A stretch of 62,274 nt of DNA, the filler included, from Sphacelaria rigidula (taxonomy: Eukaryota): NCBI GenBank assembly GCA_964200075.2. It is 6 parts of 6 records of this genome, joined end to end, with 100 filler letters (N's around TTAATTAATTAA, not from the genome) between each part and the next. Parts side by side here need not be neighbours in the genome. Positions count along the whole stretch, not along the records: positions 51,981 to 62,274 come from CAXNAA020006772.1; 5 more parts are not named here. One strand, 5' to 3'. Shown here one piece after another: positions 57,689 to 62,274 of this stretch. The stretch's first letter is position 1, and the number at the start of each line of letters is the position of its first letter. The notes beneath the pieces are model-generated. The model was not told the DNA's origin. It did no database searches and was given only the letters and a program-made list of their open reading frames with translations. The translations under genes were made by a program, and so were the position numbers.

Positions 57689-60374
57689 ACCCGATAGTTC
57701 TTTGAGTCCTGTAAGAATCTCACACCGGTAACCGACAGCTTTGTAAGTTCTCTATAAACCATTTACCCCTACCCGGGGCCCTTGGAAAGATACCCGGTTG
57801 CGGGTTCATGTCTCTGTACAACATTCATACCCTCCCAAACAAGTATTGTTATTTCTGTAGCCTCCGACTCTCTACCTGGTAGGTTCTGCAACTTCTGTTG
57901 AACTTTCGTACCCGACACCCGACAGTTTTGTAAGTATTTGAAGGAATCTCATCCCCTGCCGAACATACCACAAAACCTTGGGATTGTACCCTTTTGTGGT
58001 GGATGCGACCCTGTACAAGTGAAACGCGTAAATTTGTGTACCGGTTTCATCAACGTTTCAGAACAACGTGTTCAGTTTTCAATACAACGAACAACAGCAC
58101 ATATACACAAATAAACTTCATGGTCAAGAGCGCCACAACTCAAGGCATAATCAAGTACACCCCTTCCTGTTGATCTTGAGTTTGTCTACCTATGAAGAAA
58201 GTCTCCTCGACGATGCGGTCGAATATAAAAATGAGGTTAAACTCCAAAACAGTGCGTTCCCTGAACTGACGCCATGACAACTAACTTTCACGTGGACCAT
58301 CCCACGTCCCTCGCCTCACGAAATTCTATTTATTATTGGGAAATTCACATCCTCCGTTTCCCAAGGCGCATGTGCCAGGGCACCTTTCTGGTCGATTTCA
58401 GGGTGAAAAAAGGACTCTTGTCAGCCCGGAAATCGTGCTTTTGCACCCACCTTTTTGGGGGTAGGGAAGATGTGAATCCTAAAATGCAGGTTCAGGGAGG
58501 TCGGGGGGCATGAGATCGCCCACGAGAAATCATCTTTTCCGACGTTTTTCGGTCGGGGACAGCTGATCCTCATTTTCATGTTCGCTCTCATTTTCGAGAG
58601 TAATATCTCTGGGGCAATATACACTCCCATGGGTTTATTGGAAGGCATTTTCGATTTGGGGCGCGGCGCTGTACGCAGGCTGAACGACTCGGAAACATGT
58701 TCCAGCACCTCATTCCCACGCGCAAGGTGTCTGGGCAGCATGCGCGACCAGTCCTCTATTTAATTTACGAGGTATCAGGCTCATCTACGACGCGGGAAAA
58801 AAGAAGAGTCCGTGAGTGTACCCATTTTTGAAAAACAATTAAGAGGGTACATCCTACTCTCTGCTAAAAATTAATCTCCTACCCCTGGTGTTTACGTATG
58901 CATCCTTTAATGCTCAAGTGCGTACCCTTCTTTGTGAAGTGGTAGCCGCACCGCCGACCCTGCAGAAGATACGCCGAAGAGTCACAACCATACATACCCA
59001 TTTTGTGAAAATACCCCTCTTCAAAAAGGCCGAACCCCAATGACCCAGAGAACGTGTAGCCCCCTGCTGGTTGATCTGCAGACACAGAAAATGCCGGAGC
59101 TCACCAAGGTCCAACGAGCATGTGTGGTGCGGTTCAGGCGTTTGCGTGTCGACAAGGTTTTTCATGTAGATTGAGGGTGGGTGTCATCTCGACAGATTCC
59201 TAGACCCGCAATACAGGGATCAATATGAAACATTCCCCGCGAAGTGTTGTGAAGATGCACCCTGCTTCACATGACAGTGCCACTCCGCAGCAACAATATC
59301 TCAAAGTGATGTCGTCCAACTCTGTGCAGCGCTGGTGAATACATGTTTTATCTAATTGCGTTTCACGTCCGTGACTGTACCGGAATGTATTGAGACATTT
59401 CTTCACTTTTTGTTACCACCGCCTCTGTCTTCGCACGACTCATTCGGGGGACAGGTCGGTTCACTCACGGATACATTAACCACAGCCGTCCTGACAAACG
59501 TTGCTGGTGCTTGGATATCCACATTCGTTTATTCTCGCGGAATGGGTTTGCTCCTGCTACTCGCGCGTTCAAGGAAGAACTTACGTTGCTAAATTGAAGA
59601 GGGTGTATCCACAGGCCTCCATATTCAGTCTCTTCTCTTAGGAGGGTATCATCCTCCTCGTGATCGGGCGTGGATGAGATAAAAAAATGCTCTGCCCACA
59701 CTCGACGTGCTCGCCAATTAACCATCGATTCCCGTAATAATGTATATGGTTCTCATCTCTTGATAGTTTTCAAGGAAATGCCTCACATAATGGATTGCAT
59801 TTAGTTCGATGATGGCTGCAAAAAAGCTGCGTGTGACATGGTGGCGACATTAACACCATTTGAACAGCCAAAGATCAATTCCTCTTATCATCAAAAGATC
59901 GCACGCAAAATGGGGGTTAGACTGAGGTGAGTTCACACATATAGTAGGGATCTCGGTATAATACGACGGAAAAATTGCCGAGCCCCGCCATAAAGCCGAT
60001 CAAATCTGCCGGTGTCACACAGTCTCGACCCGCTGTAGTCGTTAAAAGTAAATCACACCATAATCATACACGTAACGCTTTTGACAAGTCAGGAATTCTG
60101 CCATCATGAGGTTCTACAATCGCCACCGCACACAACGTCAAGCAACCTGTCGGTGGAAGTAAAAACTCAACTACTTGAGAACATATGATTTGCAGAACAC
60201 GGCGCATGAAAATGTAGCGGGGTAAGGCGCATGACAACGGTGCATGAGCATACGACATGTACGATAACAGGAGCCAGCAGAAAATGCCCCTCTGCCCACC
60301 ACGCCGGATTTCTTGGTCAGAATCAAAAAGTGTAATTTGTTTCTCATGTTGCCTCCAATCGATCCGCAGGCTAG

Positions 60375-60905
60375 GTGGAGCAGGACGACTGTGGACACTC
60401 AATCATGCAGCACCTACATGATGAACGGAACGTTTTCATTACGGCGACTGACGATTCACTGAAGCAATTCCGGGAAAAAGCAGCCAAGGAGTGGAAACAA
60501 ATCGACGAAGAGCGGAACGAACTCAAACGCCGCATGGCCGACTCTGGGGTTAAGCTAGTGCAACCAGACACAGGCGACCATACAATCGCCCGGCTGAACG
60601 TCGGAGGTTTGGACGTTGATATCCCGTATCACCTGTCGTTGCAACAAGAAAATGCCGGTTCATCGGGATTAATCTTGTCAGCTCTTCTCTTCGGCATCTG
60701 GGACGAGTGGCTGCCGCGAGACAGCCGCGGGCGCCTGTTTGTGGATGCGTCGCCCGAGCTTGCCAAGCAATTTCTCGAGGTAGCAGCGCACAGCTACAAG
60801 CGCTTGGCGAAGTCAGTATCGTCCTCACCATTGCAGGAGCATTTCGCACCATTTTGTGGATCTGCGCATCCTTCGCCGTTCCCACAGGGGGGAGGTGCTG
60901 CCGAG
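60375..60905 (+). CDS. Exon encoding coiled coil + BTB/POZ (KCTD/T1-type) domain
   Basis: ...IARLNVGG...LSALLFGIWDEWLPRDSRGRLFVDASPELAKQFLE. Candidate ATG at 60405, donor GAG|GTGAGG at 60905/60906; downstream exons not identified. Confidence 0.75.
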
Positions 60906-61980
60906 GTGAGGCATCAATCGATACACAGAGTAACTGCTGATCATTTTTACGGTCTAGCAGCTAGACTATATCAAAGCGTTAATACCACACGTACCTCTCA
61001 CTAGTCCTCTTCCCACCTACCCCTACCACGCTGCTGTGTACCAACCCTTCATGTTCAGCTATGACTGTGGATGTTATCGGTTTTTAGCCGAAATAAAGAA
61101 GCCAAATCATTTTCCTCCCTCACCATCCCGGACGACACAGCGCGGACCCCACTCTCGAAACGTTCACAGCTCTTCTGAGCCAGCCACTGTATTCTAAATA
61201 TGATTATGCGGTGCAGTACTTGGTATTCGCCGTCACTGTGGTACACGGCGCGCGGAAATTGTCGAGTACGGCACGCTGCGTAGCTGTAGTAATAATATTC
61301 TTGTTTCTTCTGCCGATAAGAGGTATATTGTGAGAAAGTGTGGTGCAATTCAGTTGCACACCGAAAGACAAAGGTACGTACAACGCGAGCAAAAGAAGGG
61401 GGGAACTGGGAACTCAGATGACGGGGGACTCGCGGTGAACTGAAAAGGGGAAATGGAAAGAGGAACACAGTACGCAACGATCTACTACCGATCTCACGAA
61501 GAACCCCAACAGCCCCCTGCTTTACAGGGCTTGAGGTAAGGAAGCCGTGGAAAAGTAAAGGCCATGGAAGTCAGGTACGAATCAGTTATTTCGGTACTGC
61601 ACTCTTACAGCGGAGACTCTTTTCCGCCAGCACTACATGCGGAAGATACAAACAACATTGTGGCTTACAGAGAAGGAAACGAGAACGGAGAGGAGACACA
61701 CGCCATGTTACAAACTGGTGAAGGATCGTTTATCGAGGATGAATCTTGGGAAGCTTCATACGCATGGAAATAGATTCGAAAAAGAAGTACAAATGCACTC
61801 TCCGGCTGTGATGTGCGACCTTGTTCATCCCCGAAAAGGAAAAGCACCGGCAATTGAACATATCCCATGTTTTGAGTAGATTAAGATGAATAAGAACAGC
61901 TCTTGTGTCGAAATGACCGGAGGACAATATTGTTTGGTATAAAGCACCCGGATTTTATCGATTTCAGATGAAGAGTCATG

Positions 61981-62230
61981 CTACGATAGGGGAGGGGGGG
62001 GGGATATTTGCTTCAACGAAAAAGGGGGCTCACCGGTGTGTCAGCGACCTAACACACTCGCGGTGCACTTGTGTGTAGGAAAAACGGAGTCAATCGGTAT
62101 TAATGAGAGTTATCTATCGGTAACAGGCGCGCTTGAACAACCATTGCTGCTTTCAACGGAGATCTCAAGCGGAAGAAGTGGAAGAAGTGGCCCGAAATAC
62201 CCCCCCTCCCTCCCCCTCCCCTATCGATAG
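61981..62230. mobile_element. 250-bp MITE-like element with G-rich TIRs
   Basis: CTACGATAGGGGAGGGGGGGGGGATATTT versus AAATACCCCCCTCCCTCCCCCTCCCCTATCGATAG; a similar end occurs at 10233-10252. Confidence 0.65.
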
Positions 62231-62274
62231 CCTGGTCCGGCGAGAACCCGGCGTGCTCCGTCCCGGCTTTGTAG

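Noticed and set aside
58600-59730. Minus-strand coding remnants (HFFISSTPDHEEDD...; FGLFEEGYFHKMG...)
   Set aside because: Fragmentary and interrupted, with no family assignable by eye.

Overview
Eukaryotic, intron-rich and repeat-rich DNA. A brown alga (Phaeophyceae) or other stramenopile is my inference from exon style, a GT2 cellulose-synthase-like gene and the Copia gag. The window is not one locus. It is six contigs of 10297, 10297, 10296, 10295, 10295 and 10294 bp joined by 100-bp N linkers containing TTAATTAATTAA, i.e. length-sorted unplaced contigs, so no synteny can be read across the gaps. Contig 1: 3' end of an FG-GAP + Calx-beta gene (5 exons, minus) and a probable non-LTR endonuclease remnant. 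Contig 2: a decayed spliced CxC/KDZ-like transposase gene, a 1.39-kb TIR element with an 8-bp TSD, and SINEs. Contig 3: unassigned decayed coding remnants and repeats. Contig 4: part of a cold-shock-domain (UNR/CSDE1-like) gene and a Harbinger-type foldback MITE. Contig 5: 13 in-frame exons (666 codons) of a cellulose synthase-like GT2 with KAGN, QTPQ, IED and QVLRW, but D-A-R in place of DxD and a long insert at the plant P-CR position. Contig 6: a pol-less Ty1/Copia element carrying four hairpin MITEs with unusual TG target duplications, plus a BTB/POZ exon. All assignments come from manual translation and motif recognition; no database searches were run.
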